From a virus: a stretch of 64,000 bases of DNA. How positions within the stretch are numbered: the stretch's first letter is position 1; each line of letters begins with the position of its first letter. The notes beneath the pieces are model-generated. The model made no database searches. It saw only the letters and a list, made by a program, of their open reading frames with translations, and had not been told where the DNA came from. Below, one piece after another: positions 62,173 through 64,000 of the stretch. The DNA is taken from the IMG/VR virus record IMGVR_UViG_3300025572_000008, positions 16,606-80,605 of that record; one strand, 5' to 3'. The position numbers were made by a program, and so were the translations under genes.

Positions 62173-63789
62173 ATGGCTGTTGAACGAATCCTTAAACTTA
62201 AACCCTCCCAGCTCGCAAAAGCTATCCTTCAACTCAAAGGAAAGCCTCTCGACTTAGAGGAGTACAAACCTTTCGAGCTGATCTATGACATCTCGCCACC
62301 CGAGATGACGCTTATGGCTGGGCGGCAGATTGGGAAGTCCGTGTCCCTCGGCGGGAACATCACGTCGAACAGCATAATTCGATCGTTCTTTTCGACGCTG
62401 TTCATCAGCCCTCTTGCGCAGCAAACATCCCGCTTCTCAACCCAGTATCTAGACCCGTTTCTGAACTCCCCTATCGTCAAGAAGCACTTCATCGACTCCT
62501 CCTCGAGAAAAAACATCTTCGAGAAGTCGCTGAACAACGGTAGCCGAATCTTCCTTGGCTATGCGGACACGGAACAGGACGCCGACCGGATTCGTGGTAT
62601 TTCGGCGGACGCTCTTTTTAACGACGAGATCCAGGATCAGAGCCTTGAAGCCGGACCCATTCTTGCAGAAACCTTGTCGGCATCCGATTACGGCTTCATC
62701 CGCAACACAGGCACGGCCAAGACGTCCAACAACACGCTTACGATCAAATTCGAACGCTCGAACATGAGCGAGTGGGTGATTAAGTGCGAGCATTGCAACC
62801 GCTACACAATCCCCAACACGTTCGAAGCGTGCTTGAAAATGACGGACAATCCAGAAGGCCCTGGGTGTGTCTACTGTGGTAAGCTTCTCAACGTCAAGAA
62901 CGGCACCTGGATGGCGGGACGGCCATCTGAGAAGGATCACCTAGGCTTTCACCTGCCTCAGGTCATCATCCCCGCCCGATCCAGGCCGAAGCAATGGAAA
63001 GACATTCAAACCAAGGTCAAGACCTACAATCAGACCAAGCTCGCTAACGAGGTTTTCGGGGTTCCTAGCGGCCTCTCAGGTCGAATCCTCTCTCTCAAAG
63101 AGGCGATGGCCTGTTGCAACCCAAGCCGCCGGGAATTCGACAAAGGTTTCCCGATGGACGATCGGAACATCATATGCACGTTCCTCGGTTGCGACTGGTC
63201 AGTGAGCGGCTCGACGGATTCGTATACGGTCTTCTCTGTGCTTGGATATGATTCGCTGGGTAAGTGCTACTTGCTCTACGCTGAGCGATTGGATGGAATC
63301 GACATTCTCGAACAGGTTGAAAGGGCGAAGTACCTCTTTCGCCAGTATAAATGTTCTATGCTGGGATCTGATCGAGGCGTTGGTGTGCTCCAAGGCCAGA
63401 TCTTCCAACGTGACCTAGGTGCCGACCGAGCTCACCTGGTTCAATACGTAGCCGCTAAGCATGCCTTGCGCTTTGACAAGGCGGGCGGATTCTTCTCGGC
63501 TGACCGGACTCAGAACATGGATACGATGATCATCAAGTCGAAGATGGGCATCTCAAAGTTCGAAACGCCATGCTGGGAAATCATGGCTGATTTCTGGAAA
63601 GACGCTCTGTCGGTAACGGAAGAAATAACCCTGTCCGGTAGACGTGTTTACAGAAAAGACGAAGGAACTTGTGATGATTGGCTGCACAGTATTGTTTTCG
63701 CCAACGTCGCGTACATGATACAATGCGGTAAATTCATCTACGTAGATGAGGCGGCAGCGGCAGATGACGCATCCGCCTTTGAATTTTGA
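62173..63789 (+). CDS. terL: terminase large subunit (gpA-like, Zn ribbon)
   Basis: Walker A AGRQIGKS, Walker B FNDEIQD, GTAK coupling motif, CEHC...CVYC, nuclease LGCDW...DDWLHS; start moved to MAVERIL. Confidence 0.88.
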   Translation: MAVERILKLKPSQLAKAILQLKGKPLDLEEYKPFELIYDISPPEMTLMAGRQIGKSVSLGGNITSNSIIRSFFSTLFISPLAQQTSRFSTQYLDPFLNSPIVKKHFIDSSSRKNIFEKSLNNGSRIFLGYADTEQDADRIRGISADALFNDEIQDQSLEAGPILAETLSASDYGFIRNTGTAKTSNNTLTIKFERSNMSEWVIKCEHCNRYTIPNTFEACLKMTDNPEGPGCVYCGKLLNVKNGTWMAGRPSEKDHLGFHLPQVIIPARSRPKQWKDIQTKVKTYNQTKLANEVFGVPSGLSGRILSLKEAMACCNPSRREFDKGFPMDDRNIICTFLGCDWSVSGSTDSYTVFSVLGYDSLGKCYLLYAERLDGIDILEQVERAKYLFRQYKCSMLGSDRGVGVLQGQIFQRDLGADRAHLVQYVAAKHALRFDKAGGFFSADRTQNMDTMIIKSKMGISKFETPCWEIMADFWKDALSVTEEITLSGRRVYRKDEGTCDDWLHSIVFANVAYMIQCGKFIYVDEAAAADDASAFEF

Positions 63790-63819
63790 TTAAACTCTGA
63801 TTTCAGAAAGGAATACGAC

Positions 63820-64000
63820 ATGTCAGATTTTGAGTTCACCGACCCGGTGGAAGTTAAGCCCCGTAAGGGTGCCGGCGCACTAGGGGCAGTGAGTAAGCCA
63901 ACTGCAAAGCCCGCGGCTCAGCTCGACCCCACCCTTGTGGCGTCACAAGATGAAGACGAAAAGGTTGCGGCCGAAAAGAATGAGAACGAAGAGGCTGAGG
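63820..64000 (+). CDS. hypothetical protein (partial, runs off the window)
   Basis: ATG with AAGGA SD; open to the window end. Confidence 0.6.
   Translation, partial: MSDFEFTDPVEVKPRKGAGALGAVSKPTAKPAAQLDPTLVASQDEDEKVAAEKNENEEAE

Noticed and set aside
1-64000. Stop-codon reassignment or tRNA genes
   Set aside because: Long conserved genes are intact in the standard code and end in TAA, TAG and TGA. No cloverleaf with T-loop and D-loop signatures was recognised.

Overview
This window is part of a large lytic myovirus (jumbo-phage-like) genome in the standard genetic code. Plus-strand genes are mostly morphogenetic: probable portal, prohead protease, scaffold-like proteins, HK97-type major capsid protein, neck, sheath, tube, baseplate spike, transglycosylase and terminase large subunit. 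The plus strand also carries a bacterial-type multisubunit RNA polymerase cut into three pieces (full beta fused to the beta' N-terminus, beta' middle, beta' C-terminus). Minus-strand genes are mostly early or accessory: two SNF2 helicases (one fused to a LigD phosphoesterase domain), an ATP-dependent ligase, Uma2 nuclease, macrodomain, metallophosphoesterase, truncated beta clamp and a complete E1/E2/JAB/Ubl (PRTRC-like) cassette. Two promoter-like motifs separate the gene classes: GGTATAAG (9 copies, all on the minus strand) and TAAAAT(AG) (13 copies, before structural genes). Highlights: (1) a self-contained retron-type reverse transcriptase unit with an overlapping partner ORF, flanked by a structured 5' leader and a 3' trailer that are complementary to each other, next to an origin-like iteron palindrome; (2) a family of proteins tagged with an N(K/R)Y(L/I)xK(I/A/V/L)A peptide plus pervasive K-x-A motifs, suggesting a capsid-targeting and protease-cleavage code whose cargo includes an ADP-ribosyltransferase-like domain, a zincin and the PE-SNF2 repair enzyme; (3) the phage-borne ubiquitin-like conjugation system. 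All calls are from motif recognition by eye; no database searches were run.
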